NCBI GenBank assembly: GCA_002269645.1
Contig: NIVC01002315.1
Location: forward strand, 62,001 to 126,000
DNA: 64,000 nt
Source of the DNA: Macrostomum lignano
Taxonomy: Eukaryota
Direction of reading: 5' to 3'
Shown: positions 1 to 10,989 of the stretch, one piece after another
How the letters are laid out: every line of letters begins with the position of its first letter
Position numbering within the stretch: position 1 is the stretch's first letter
Program-made: the position numbers and the translations under genes
Notes under the pieces: generated by a model
What the model was told of the DNA's origin: nothing
Databases searched by the model: none
Seen by the model: the letters and a program-made list of their open reading frames with translations, nothing else

Positions 1-229
1 TAAATCTTTTACCTGAGGAATTAGGGAAACACACGGTGTCGATTTTCACCAATTAACTTCCTCCGAGCGCCTTCTACAGACACTGACAGCCTGCCGTTAC
101 GCCGACGACACGAGGACAACGTGTCGTCATCTTGCAAAGCGTCGATATCGCAGATCGGGATGATAGAACCCGATTCGGTGCAAAATTGTTTATTACAGTA
201 CACCTGCCCTAATGGCCAGATGTGCAACT

Positions 230-482
230 GACAGCTCAGCCGCAGCTATTGCGCGGCGCATCTGAAGGCTGCGTACGGCTGTTCAGTCTAAGGACTGGGG
301 GGTCGCCACACACACCCTCAGTTACCCCAGCTAATGCTGGCACCCATTTTACAGCTGGGTGAGCTGCAGCAATGCAGAGTTAAGTGTCTTGCTAAGGATA
401 CAAATTGTTTCGAGTGGTGTCGAGAATCGAACCCCCGACCTTTGAGTCGTGAGTTCAGCGCCCTAACCAGGCTTCAAGTGCA
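230..482 (-). mobile_element. tRNA-derived SINE (family A) with a CORE-like central domain
   Basis: The minus strand reads TGGTTAGGGCGCTGAAC...GGGGGTTCGATTCTCG (Pol III A-box and B-box like). It continues ATCCTTAGCAAGACACTTAACTCTG...CCCAGCTGTAAAATGGG, which resembles the CORE-type domain of metazoan SINEs. There is no full cloverleaf, and the 3' end is approximate. Confidence 0.6.
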
Positions 483-588
483 CCATTGCTTTGGTGCAAT
501 GCATTCTGCAGAAATTAGTTCAGAAACAACAAACAAGTTCACAAACTTGCAGACGCGGTGGACAGCTCCTTCAACAGTTTCTGTTCAG

Positions 589-891
589 TCTGTCCGACTG
601 TCTGTCGGCCAGCGCCTGTCTGGATCAGCTGAGCGCCGCCCTCGAGACAGCCGCCGCCGCGTCAGCCACAGCCGACGACGCACTGTCGCAGACGAGGCCG
701 GCTGTGAAGCAGCTGACCGGGCCGGCTGCTGAGGCGTTTCGCCGGCGCGCCAATCAACGCCGTCTGCTGGTGTTGCTGCCGCTCTGCTTGGGCGTCTGCC
801 TGGCCTGCCTGCTCGGCCTCTGGTGCTGCGCCTGGATAAAGCGGGACATCAGGAACCACGATAATAAGATTAACCACATCCTCAGCGATAG
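589..891 (+). CDS. Internal exon of an uncharacterised single-pass membrane protein
   Basis: Acceptor TTTCTGTTCAG at 588 and donor AG|GTGAGA at 891/892. The GC-rich frame encodes an Ala-rich segment, then a hydrophobic helix LLVLLPLCLGVCLACLLGLWCCAWI followed by KR. Upstream exons were not identified. Confidence 0.55.
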
Positions 892-920
892 GTGAGAATA
901 CGAGTATTGGAAAGATAAAT

Positions 921-1725
921 GGTCTCTTCAGTGTCTTCAGTTCCAAGTCTCTACAGTTCCAAGTCTCTTCAATTCAAAGTCTCTTCAGTTCCAAGTCTCT
1001 TCAGTTCCAAGTCTCTTCACTTCCAAATCTCTTCAGTTCCAAGTCACTTCAGATCCAAGTCTCTTCAGTTCCAAATCTCTTCAGTTCCAAATCTCTTCAC
1101 TTCCAAGTCTCTACAGTTCCAAGTCTCTTCAGTTCCAAGTCTTTTCAGTTCCAAGTCTCTTCAGTTCCAAGTCACTTCAGTTCCAAATCTCTTCAGTTCC
1201 AAGTCTCTTCAGTTCCAAGTCTCTTCAGTTCCAAGTCTCTTCAGTTCCAAGTCTTTTCAGTTCCAAATCTCTTCAGTTCCAAGTCTCTTCAGTTCCAAGT
1301 CTCTTCAGTTCCAAGTCTCTTCAGTTCCAAGTCACTTCAGTTCCAAGTCACTTCAGTTCCAAGTCTCTTCAGTTCCAAGTCACTTCAGTTCCAAGTCTCT
1401 TCAGTTCCAAGTCTCTTCAGTTCCAAGTCTCTTCAGTTCCAAGTCACTTCAGTTCCAAGTCACTTCAGTTCCAAGTCTCTTCAGTTCCAAGTCTCTTCAG
1501 TTCCAAGTCACTTCAGTTCCAAGTCTCTTCAGTTCCAAGTCACTTCAGTTCCAAGTCTCTTCAGTTCCAAGTCTCTTCAGTTCCAAGTCTCTTCAGTTCC
1601 AAGTCTCTTCAGTTCCAAGTCTCTTCAGTTCCAAGTCTCTTCATTTCAAGTCTCTTCACTTCCAAGTCTCTTCAGTTCCAAGTCTCTTCAATTCCAAGTC
1701 TCTTCACTTCCAAGTCTCTTCAGTT
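921..1725. repeat. Minisatellite, 16-bp unit TTCCAAGTCTCTTCAG (about 50 copies)
   Basis: Read directly from the sequence; it generates the artefactual ORF 919..1743. Confidence 0.95.
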
Positions 1726-2301
1726 CCTTTGCAGATAATTTAGATGCAAATTAGAGGCAAAGGACGTCTTCAGAGGATCTTAACTATAGCTGGTAAATCT
1801 ACCTTCTAAATGCCATGCTGCATTGGGAAGAAGCTCGGGAGCAGGTGACTTTTCATGACAGCCTTTGCAGGTTTGCGCTCCAAAATCAAGCCTATTTATA
1901 ATGCCTCAACGGATTGGCTCATGATTGCTACCTTTAGTCTGCCCCTTTAATTAGCAAAGCTTTTTCCATACAGAAATCCTATTGTCTTATAATTAAGTCA
2001 GAACAGGACAGGTAGGCAAACGAATGCATCTGAAGGGTATATGGGAGGAAAAACTTCGTTGCTAGGCGTTTTCAGTTTGTTCCCTTCGCAGCTACATGTA
2101 GCTTGCCTCTTCACCTGTCCATAAAACAAAACTTAAGTGGAGGGGGAGGGGACATTCCCCTTGGCTTCCCATTTGGCAGCAGTAGATTTGTTCGTGCCCA
2201 TAGACATAGACGGAAAAGGCAAGCAAGTTGATGATTTGGCCATAGACATCGGCACAAAGAAGGGTGTCACCAGCAACCTCTGTCGCTGAAATCATGCTTA
2301 A

Positions 2302-4690
2302 CCCCAAGACTGCGGATTGCCTGCTCTGCAGGTCATGGTCTCATATCTATGGTCTGCGGCTCAATTTGCTGCTGATATGTGAAAACATTTCTAATGAGTC
2401 TTAGTTTGCGGCTGTGGCCTGCAGAGCAGGCCATGAAAAATTCGGTTGTTTTAAGTAACTTTTTTGTTCCTTTTAACATCTGATTTTTTCTATACTATGG
2501 CGCAACAGGGATACTAAACGAGTTATGAAATGTGAATATATTTTCTCAACAGTCATTGGAACAGTGAACAAAAGTTCAAAGGCATGGTGAAAAATTTACG
2601 AAAACAAGTAATACGAACAAGTTTAAAATAATATGCGAGTAATTCAACAACGACCAACAAACATCGATAACACCAAGTACGAGTAGCAGTCATAGGCATA
2701 ACAGCAGGTGAGTCAGAATTTAACAAATAGTTAAAATTAATTTTGATTGGCATGCCAATCTCCGAAGCAGGGCACAGCGCAAAGACCTGGATTTCCCTGG
2801 CAGTGATCGCAGCAATAGACAGTTTTCTTGACTCGGCCACTCTTGTAACAATGTCTGCAACGCTTGGCTGGCCGAGCCTGGGCACCTGTTGGCCGGAGGC
2901 GCTTCAGGAGATGCTGCTGCCTATTGGGTCCTGTGCCAGGCTGTGCTTGAATTTGCCGGCTCCGTGCAGGTCCGGTAGTCTGGATGAAGCCCTTGATGCT
3001 TAATTCCAAGAACTTAAGGAAGTCGTACGAGCCGCCACGGGACTGGTACACAACCCAACCGTTTCTGACAAGGACCAAGAAAAAGTGGGCCCCTAGCTTG
3101 GCAAACCACTTTTGTGTCCTTCTGTTTGGGCTATACGGCTGTAGGCCCGAGTCCAGCTTATCAACACCGCCCATAAAGCTATTGTACGATGTTGCTGTTA
3201 GAGGCTTGAGTTCGACAACTTCCTGATTTCCTTGAATGGTGCGGTGAACATGTTGAATGGCGGCGGCATTTTTGGTGTCAATAAAATACACCGTCTTTGT
3301 ACCAGATGCCTTTCTGACGACGTACTTCACAGCAAGTACACTGCCGCTTCGCATGAAGGCACAGCCTGGAGCGGGCACGGCCAGATCTCTCAATTCAACG
3401 GGGACACCGCGGTTTGCACGCACTGTGCAGGTCAGCAGTGTGCCGTGATGCAGCAGGTAGTCTGCTAGGCGATGCGATCCGAACCAGCTGTCGCAAACGA
3501 CATGGTAGCCAAGGTCCAGTACATATCGGCATGTCTCAACCAGCACCTTCTCGCTCATCGAAAGTCCTTCACATCCCAGATCTTGACCAAACTTATCATT
3601 CTCGACTCTGCTCGAATGCAAAAGAAAGTTGCAAACATAACCTGTTTTTGCCTCGCACAAGCAATAAATTTTAATGCCATACCGCGCTTTCTTTGCTGGA
3701 ATATATTGGCGGAACAGTACTCTTCCTCTGAACAGCACCAGTTCTTCGTCTACGCTTAGCTCCTTCTCTGGCATGTACACGTTCCGGCAGATCCGCGACA
3801 CACAGTTGATGAAGGGCCTGGCCTTAGCCAGAGGATCAGCGGCGTCAAAGTTGGAGCAGTCATAGAAGCGTAGTAGACTGCTGATCTGCTGAAACCTGTC
3901 TCTTGGCAGACATGCTTGCTGCTGGAAGAATGGCGTAGAATAGAAGTCGCTTTTAGACCAATAGTGGGTCACTTCCGGTTTTTTTACTACTCCCATATAA
4001 AGGGACATTGCGACGAACTTTGAAATCTCATTTACAGTGACATCCTTCCAGCTGGAAAATCGCGATGGTAGCTGTTCATCCTGAAGATCTTCGAACTCGC
4101 GCCACGCTCGAGCATTCGTCCAGTCGCACAGCTTCTGTAGCAATTCGGGTGTCAGAAACATTCGGCTGAAAGCTACTGGATCTTCGTCATCGTTCTCGGG
4201 TTGCGGCAAATCCGGATTGACACCTGGCATGCCAAGGAACTCCGGGTCCTGGTTCGGCTTCTGATCTTGGCCAGGGTGGCATGCATGCCAAACATTGGTT
4301 GCACCATGGGCAGCGGCCAAGCCTTCATCTACCTCTTGCATTTCCATGCCTCCTTGTTCGGTTTCGTCCTCATCATCAGTGAAAAAACTGTCGTCTCCTT
4401 CTTCAAACTCGGGATCAGTATCAGTATCAAAATGCTCCGCTTGAGCCATAATGACGATAAATAGTGTTAAAAAATTGAAAAGGACGTTAATAGAAACTGC
4501 TCTAGCTTAAAAAATGAGCCACAAGCTGTACAAATACAATCCAAAAGTTTCAAAGACTAAATACTCAGTAGGAGCTGCTACCGCAAACTAAAGACATGTC
4601 AGCCAAAGATTAAAAAATGTTCATGGCCTGCAGGACAGGCCAAGCCGCAAACTGTGTCTATGGCATAAACTCATCAACGCAGTCTAGGGG
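2302..4690 (-). mobile_element. Full-length piggyBac DNA transposon (about 2.39 kb)
   Basis: TTAA at 2298-2301 and 4691-4694. Terminal inverted repeats CCCCAAGACTGCG and CGCAGTCTAGGGG match at 12/13. Subterminal inverted repeats lie at about 2401-2440 and 4615-4655, around a single transposase ORF. Confidence 0.93.
2737..4449 (-). CDS. piggyBac transposase (PGBD4-like DDD enzyme, 570 aa, intact)
   Basis: Acidic N-terminus. Catalytic motifs SVDEELVLF, VCDSWF and GGVDKLD match piggyBac D268/D346/D447. The KxxxYGIK motif is present, and there is a C-terminal Cys-rich domain CRHC...CDHC...C...C...H. Confidence 0.95.
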   Translation of the reverse strand: MAQAEHFDTDTDPEFEEGDDSFFTDDEDETEQGGMEMQEVDEGLAAAHGATNVWHACHPGQDQKPNQDPEFLGMPGVNPDLPQPENDDEDPVAFSRMFLTPELLQKLCDWTNARAWREFEDLQDEQLPSRFSSWKDVTVNEISKFVAMSLYMGVVKKPEVTHYWSKSDFYSTPFFQQQACLPRDRFQQISSLLRFYDCSNFDAADPLAKARPFINCVSRICRNVYMPEKELSVDEELVLFRGRVLFRQYIPAKKARYGIKIYCLCEAKTGYVCNFLLHSSRVENDKFGQDLGCEGLSMSEKVLVETCRYVLDLGYHVVCDSWFGSHRLADYLLHHGTLLTCTVRANRGVPVELRDLAVPAPGCAFMRSGSVLAVKYVVRKASGTKTVYFIDTKNAAAIQHVHRTIQGNQEVVELKPLTATSYNSFMGGVDKLDSGLQPYSPNRRTQKWFAKLGAHFFLVLVRNGWVVYQSRGGSYDFLKFLELSIKGFIQTTGPARSRQIQAQPGTGPNRQQHLLKRLRPTGAQARPAKRCRHCYKSGRVKKTVYCCDHCQGNPGLCAVPCFGDWHANQN

Positions 4691-4814
4691 TTAAACACAG
4701 ATCAGACTTACCAACTTGCTCGCTTTTTCCCGTCTATGCAATGTGTTCGTATTGCATCGAGAGGTTGTCGATGGCTTATGGCTCGTATCCAGCTCCTGTA
4801 TTTTTGTGTTCAAG

Positions 4815-5505
4815 CCTAACTGGAATCCTGGATGTATCCAGCACCGCCCGATTGTCCATCCCTAGCGAGCTCCGGCTGGAGTACATCGCCGAACTGGACG
4901 CTCGCGAGCAGCAGACTCTGCGAAAGCTGCGACTTGCCTCGTCGTTCATCCTGCCGGACAGCTGCGCCGGAGCGTGCATCCGCGGCGCCGACGCCGACGC
5001 TCAGAGCAGCTGCGACTCCGCTGTACGGCGACAGCGTCGACGGTCCCGACGCCTGCGCCCGCTGCCGGCCCCGGCCAGCTGGGACCCGTCGGCGGCCTCC
5101 AGCCCGGTCAGCGTCGCCGACGCTCCTCGATCGAAATCCAGCCAGCAATTGACGATGCCAGCCAGCTTGTCGGCTGCTGTACAACGCGGCGGCACCGTCG
5201 GCAGCCGGCTCTGCGTTCACGGCGAGATGTCGCACCGACGCCGGGCCTCCGCCGCTGCCAGCCCGTCGGCCGTCATCCTGGCGATTAGCGACTCAACCGA
5301 CAGCGATCGAGGCAGCGGCGGCGGCGTCGGCGGCCGCGACAGCGGCAGTGGCGATGACAGCAGTCGGTTCTGCCACTCACTCGGCAACATTCACTCCAGA
5401 GGAGCTGCCATCGTGACGACTGCCGCCCCTGATCCGTCCGGATCCGCTGCTATTTACTTTGCCGTGCCGTCACTGCGGCAGGCGTCACCAACGTTAGCCG
5501 AGTGA
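4815..5505 (+). CDS. Probable terminal exon (low-complexity Ser/Arg/Ala-rich tail) of the membrane-protein gene with exon 589-891
   Basis: Acceptor TTTTTGTGTTCAAG at 4814 is phase-2 compatible with the donor at 891 (AG+C = Ser, giving HILSDS-LTGILDV). The GC-rich frame stays open to TGA at 5505. Confidence 0.5.
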
Positions 5506-5550
5506 CAAGCCGGTCGTTTGCTTCAAACGTTTACCGGAGTACCGAGGCAC

Positions 5551-5990
5551 TGTACTGATCCTGTACTGTACTGATCTTGTACTGTACTGATCTTGTACTG
5601 TACTGATCTTGTACTGTACTGATCTTGTACTGTACTGATCTTGTACTGTACTGATCTTGTACTGTACTGATCTTGTACTGTACTGATCTTGTACTGTACT
5701 GATCTTGTACTGTACTGATCTTGTACTGTACTGATCTTGTACTGTACTGATCTTGTACTGTACTGATCTTGTACTGTACTGATCTTGTACTGTACTGATC
5801 TTGTACTGTACTGATCTTTTACTGTACTGAACTTGTACTGTGCTCATCTTGTACTGTACTCATCTTATACTGTACTCATCTTGTACTGTACTCATCTTGT
5901 ACTGTACTCATCTTGTACTGTACTCATCTTGTGCTGTGCTCATCTTATACTGTACTCATCTTGTACTGTACTCATCTTGTACTGTACTGA
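5551..5990. repeat. Minisatellite, 16-bp unit CTGATCTTGTACTGTA, drifting to CTCATCTTGTACTGTA
   Basis: Read directly from the sequence. Confidence 0.95.
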
Positions 5991-6092
5991 TGATTGATGA
6001 CTGTATCTCTGCTTTGGCAATAGCATATACAGATGATATTTATTAGATAACATTTTATCTGTCGGTATAGTGCCGCTACAGTCAGCAAACAA

Positions 6093-6490
6093 ACAGACTG
6101 TCCTTACAGTATCCCCCAGACAGTGTCCCTAGACAGTGTCTCCCTGACAATATTCTCAGACAGTGTCTCCCAGACAATATCCCTCAGACATTATCCCTCA
6201 GACAGTATTCTTCAGACAGTATCCCTCAAACAGTATCCCTCAGACAGTATCCCTCAGACAGTATCCCTCAGACAGTATCCCTCAAACAGTATCCCTCAGA
6301 CAGTATCCCTCAGACAGTATCCCTCAAACAGTGTCCCCAGACAGTGTCCCCAGACAGTGTCTCCCAGGCAGTGTCTCCCAGACAGTGTCCTCCAGACAGT
6401 GTCCTCCAGACAGTAACTCTCAGACAGCGTCCCCCCCAGACAGTGTCTCCTATAGACAGTGTCCCCTAGACAGTGTCACCCAAAGTGTCC
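6093..6490. repeat. Degenerate minisatellite, about 14-bp unit CAGACAGTATCCCT
   Basis: Read directly from the sequence. Confidence 0.85.
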
Positions 6491-8366
6491 CCCAGAGCTT
6501 ATTCAACACAGTGCCCCTAACCATAAAACAACATATTTAGGTATGTTATTGCTAGTTATTCAATGTTTGTTTTCAGTAAATACACTGCAGTTGCCAGCTT
6601 GAAAGCTTACTTAGAATATTGCAATACATGGTAACTCACAAGCAATTTTTTAAGTGTAAAAAGTGAGTGAAATGCAAATTAAGAAAAATGTTTGCTGACT
6701 TTGGAATATAATGGTTATATGCTCTACTAACTCAGGGTTCAGAATTGGCCCCGGTCTTCTACTCGTGTTTAATTCGTGGTTGTATATTTGTTTATAATAA
6801 TAACGTTAAGATTATGGTGGTTTGTAACAAGTTTAATATTGCAATAGCATTGACAAGACTGGGTGGCGGGCTTCAACTGAACTTCATTTTGAATTGCCTC
6901 GCCCACACCAACTACACTAAAAGCGTGTAATCCTTGAATTCAATATAATTTTTTAGGCAGTTAATATCCGTATGTGACTACTTAAAATAGGGAATATCAA
7001 ATTTGCTATATTGCTATTAGTTTTTACTTTAACAAAATCAAATCACGCCAAAACTTACCACAATTATGTTATTAAAAAGTTTTTGTTTAGTTTCAAAACG
7101 AATTTCTTGCTTTAGTTACCGAATAAAAAAGAAATCGATTGTCAATACTGAATTTTGGCGCGATATTGGTTTTTCAAAAACTTGTTAAATTATTGGACAA
7201 TGTTAGATTGCTCAGTTACTCCCATGCTAAAAATAGTTTTTAAACAAAAGTTAAGTTAAACAAATAAACAGAAAATATTATGTGAATGCTAAAAACTAAT
7301 GACAGAGTTTCCTTGAGAAAAAAAATAAACGGAAACAGACAACAGCGGTCCTTCTGTTCGAGTAAACGAAATGTTTTAAGAAGCTGTAAAATTTGTAAAA
7401 TTGGATTATTATCACAATTGATAAATACGATTAGCTATAGTTCGAGTACAACACTATAAAACACCAGTGTTTGATTAGGAGTCACGAGCTACACACAAAT
7501 ACTACTCGGATTTTTCATAAATCGGCCTCAAAAAGAGCTTATATTATGCATCGCAAAAAGTACAAACAAAAACTCAGAAAAGTTAAAATGTCGGTAAATC
7601 AGTTAAAACAACTTTTAGATGCTAACTAAAAGCAAAACTTAGCAAAGCACGCGTCGCCTCTAGGAGCGTCTAAATTCTAAACTATTACAATTAATAATGG
7701 CTGCAAAATGCAACAAAAATACATAGAAAGAACTAATACACTGGAACATTTTGTTATTGTGCTTAGCAAAGTCTTCAAGCCGGAAAAAACTAGAAGTTTT
7801 GTTTTAACGGTTGCTCACTTATTTAAAACAATTAACTGCTCAGGAAGTTTTGCTAAGCACAATTCTGAACTGAGGTTACCTAATAGGGTAGTAACAACAG
7901 CAATAAAATAATTGAGCCTTTGCAAGCTACTGCACTGTGACACACAGCCTATTATAGCAACTAGCTAGTGGGACCAATTTATAAATAATAAAAAATTAAG
8001 CGACTAGAACGACAACAGAAACCGAGTTTCTAGCACGAAAATTCCTAGCAATTAACTAATAAATTATTAATAACCTTTGTCTAAGCTTGAAGAGCGGTAA
8101 AATACCAGAAATTGGGGTTAACGACAAAATTGGATAAAAATTGTTTCCATCGTCTAACCCGGAACTGCATCGACTTAGTTCATCCCCCTTTCCCCCTAAA
8201 TTTCTCGCGGGTTCTAATTATTATAAAAATGACAAAAACCGCAGAAAAATCCCACAACTATATTCCATTGGACCTTTGCATTCGAATGCTGTTAGTCTTG
8301 ACAACAGTCCCCAATAACCTGTTTTGCCTTTTAACATGTAGTTTTATTCTTTGACTATTTGGACTT

Positions 8367-8537
8367 TTAATAGCCGCCCTGCTGGTACTGGCTGCCAGCT
8401 GAGAGATCTCCGCCGTAGTGCTGCTGCTGCTGCTGCTGCTGCTGGAAGTCACCGCCATGAGCGAATGGAGGCTGTTGTTGTTGCTGCTCCTGCTGCTGCT
8501 GCTGCTGCTGCTGACCACTTCCAATCTGATTCTCAAT
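8367..8537 (-). CDS. SYNGR: Synaptogyrin exon 4 (Gln-rich cytoplasmic tail ending QYQQGGY*)
   Basis: Acceptor TTTCCTCTATTCAG, phase 0. Frame IENQIGSGQQQ...YGGDLSAGSQYQQGGY then TAA; the end resembles the Tyr/Gly-rich C-termini of synaptogyrins. Confidence 0.8.
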   Translation of the reverse strand: MENQIGSGQQQQQQQQEQQQQQPPFAHGGDFQQQQQQQQHYGGDLSAGSQYQQGGY

Positions 8538-8577
8538 CTGAATAGAGGAAACAAAGCTAGTAGATTTATTCTGTTGC

Positions 8578-8895
8578 TAAGGGATATCAGTGTGTTGCTA
8601 AGGGAGATCAGTGTGTTGCTAAGGGAGATCAGTGTGTTGCTGAGGGAGATTTAGTGTGTTGCTAAGGGAGATCAGGGTGTTGCTAAGGGAGATCAGTGTG
8701 TTGCTGAGGGAGATCAGTGGGTTGCTAAGGGAGATCAGTGTGTTGCTGAGGGAGATCAGTTGTGTTGCTAAGGTGGATCAGTGTGTTGCTAAGGCGGATC
8801 AGTGTGTTGCTAAGGGAGATCAGTGTGCTGCTAATGGAGATCAGTGTGTTGCTGAGGGAGATCAGTGTGTTGCTAAGGGAGATTAGTGTGTTGCT
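8578..8895. repeat. Intronic minisatellite, 21-bp unit GTGTGTTGCTAAGGGAGATCA
   Basis: Read directly from the sequence; lies in synaptogyrin intron 3. Confidence 0.9.
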
Positions 8896-8995
8896 ATGGT
8901 GGATGCAGTGGGGCGCCAGTGTGGGGCTAATACAGTGTATTTAAGAATACAGCAGATTTTTGTTAAAGCTTTCAGCACAGATCTCAAACGGTCAC

Positions 8996-9225
8996 CTGGT
9001 CGGCAGTGTCGAAGGCGCCCTCGGCGCCCTGGCGGTACTTGAGGAACGCGAAATAAGTCAGGCCGGCCATGGAGGCCACAGAGAAAAAAGCGAAAGCGAT
9101 GCTGGCCCGAACGTTGGACCTCTGCCAGGGCTGCACTCCGATGGTTTTCAGCCAGAGGGAGGACGTGTTTGACCACTTGTTAGCCATGTAGCAGAAGGCC
9201 ACGAAGTATAGAAAAGTCCACGCGG
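8996..9225 (-). CDS. SYNGR: Synaptogyrin exon 3 (MARVEL TM3-TM4)
   Basis: AWTFLYFVAFCYMANKW...RASIAFAFFSVASMAG matches the synaptogyrin pattern W-x-FLWFVGFCYLANQW...RAAIAFSFFS. Acceptor CTCACACAG, donor CAG|GTGACC, phases 1 and 0 consistent with neighbours. Confidence 0.92.
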
Positions 9226-9344
9226 CTGTGTGAGACGGGCAAAATATGTTTGATTGTTGTTAATGGTTATATTTCAGCTAAATTATATACGATACGTTAC
9301 TGATTACTGATTATATGTAATGTTAATTACATAGTCCCATTATA

Positions 9345-9992
9345 ACTTCCCACAACATCCCAAACCCCACACAGCATCCCACATCACACAGCATCCCACA
9401 CTCACACACAGCATCCCATACCCCTCACAGCATCCCACATCACACAGCATCCGACACCCCACACAGCATCCCACACCCACACACAGCATCCCATACCCCA
9501 CACAGCATCCCATACCACACACAGCATCCCATACCACACACAGCATCCCATACCACACACAGCATCCCATACCACACACAGCATCCCATACCCCACACAG
9601 CATCCCACATCACACAGCATCCGACACCGCAAACAGCATCCCACACCCACACACAGCATCCGAGACCCCAAACAGCATCCCACATCACACAGCATCCCAT
9701 ACCCCACACAGCATCCCACATCATACAGCATCCCATACCCCACACAGCATCCCACATCACACAGCATCCCATACCCCACACAGCATCCCACATCACACAG
9801 CATCCCACACCCCAAACAGTATCCCACACCCACACACAGCATCCCAGACCCAAAACAGCATCCCACACCCACACACAGCATCCCAGACCCCAAACAGCAT
9901 CCCACATCACACAGCATCCCAGACCCCAAACAGCATCCCACATCACACAGCATCCCACATCACACAGCATCCCACATCACACAGCATCCCAG
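9345..9992. repeat. Intronic variant minisatellite: core CACACAGCATCCC plus short variable linkers
   Basis: Read directly from the sequence; lies in synaptogyrin intron 2. Confidence 0.9.
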
Positions 9993-10032
9993 CCATCATG
10001 CCACCAGTAAAAGCACCGCAATCCGAGCTTAC

Positions 10033-10252
10033 CAGAGAAGCCCATATCGGCGATCACAAGCAGCCTGCGGTGCTGCACAGAGGACAGCTTCTCAAACAGG
10101 ATGTCACCGAGCAGAAACACCATGCAGCCTAGGAAGGCGACCACGCCAGTGAATACGCCAAAGCCGCAGGCGTTCTTCTGCCCCATCATGATGCAGATGT
10201 TCTCCACATAGGCTCCAGAGCTGATGCAGCCAAAAACTATGATGGCAAAGAA
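10033..10252 (-). CDS. SYNGR: Synaptogyrin exon 2 (MARVEL TM1-TM2)
   Basis: FFAIIVFGCISSGAY...CIM...NACGFGVFTGVVAFL...SSVQHRR..VIADMGFS. Acceptor CATTGCAG, donor G|GTAAGC. Confidence 0.92.
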
Positions 10253-10878
10253 CTGCAATGGTCATAGACAGGCAAAGGTGGTGCGCCAGGCTTAATATTC
10301 AGTGACTTCAGTCTCATCAATTGGCATATGAACAAGTATTTTTTTGAACAATATGTTTAAAGTAATAGGCTTTTGCTGATTCATTTGCTAGTTGACAACA
10401 TCATTCAACATCATGATTTCAGAAAGTATTTTTTTAACTATTTGTCTTTATTTAGTGCTTCATTAACAATAGTGCTGAATCAGTCCTAGAGTGAGTGAAT
10501 GAGGATTTGTAAAATCTTTTTGTCCTTCAACACTTAAATTTTTAGATGTTTAGATGTTTAATATTGACCAATAAAAATAATTAATTTTCAGTGAGCAAAA
10601 TTTTGGTTGAATAAAGCTATAGTTAAAAAATTTATATTTTGAATATCCTGCAACTGCAAGCTATACCATATAAATATTCTTAATAAGACTTTGTCTCCAG
10701 ATTCAGTTGGAATAAATATTAGAATGAATTTCCACGCTTCATCTTTTTCCTTAAAAACTAAAAACATAGCTCAAGACTAATATAAAAACTACAAAACATT
10801 TCATTGACTGTGTTAAATCTGTAAGAGAAGGCTCAAATAGGGCATTATATATAGTACGAAACGATAATATAATCTTAC

Positions 10879-10989
10879 CCAGGAAAGAAGACGCAGGATA
10901 GAAGTAGGACGTTTAACGAATTCGATTGGATTAAAATTATATCCAAAGCCCTGAGCTTTGCCAGCTCCATAAGCACCACCACCGTCCAT
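10879..10989 (-). CDS. SYNGR: Synaptogyrin exon 1
   Basis: MDGGGAYGAGKAQG...EFVKRPTSILRLLSW carries the GAYGAGKA N-terminal signature of the family. Donor TGG|GTAAGA. The joined CDS is 732 nt (243 aa). Confidence 0.9.

Noticed and set aside
21-227. 68-aa minus-strand ORF at the window start
   Set aside because: No recognisable motif, and the frame stops before the nearby donor-like site. It cannot be tied to a gene.
230-482. tRNA genes at about 430-482 and 41760-41830
   Set aside because: Only A/B-box-like heads without a complete cloverleaf, each followed by a SINE body. Called as SINEs.
919-1743. 274-aa Ser/Leu/Phe ORF
   Set aside because: Translation of a 16-bp tandem repeat.
2743-4464. 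Small plus-strand ORFs overlapping the transposase
   Set aside because: Antisense shadows of a real coding sequence.
8258-8654. Poly-Ser, poly-Ala and poly-Leu ORFs
   Set aside because: Alternative frames of the CAG-rich synaptogyrin last exon; splice phase selects the poly-Gln frame.
9345-9992. CRISPR-like look (constant core plus variable spacers) and Cys/Gly-rich ORFs
   Set aside because: The spacers are 5-10 nt, recurrent and related. The context is a eukaryotic intron with no cas genes.
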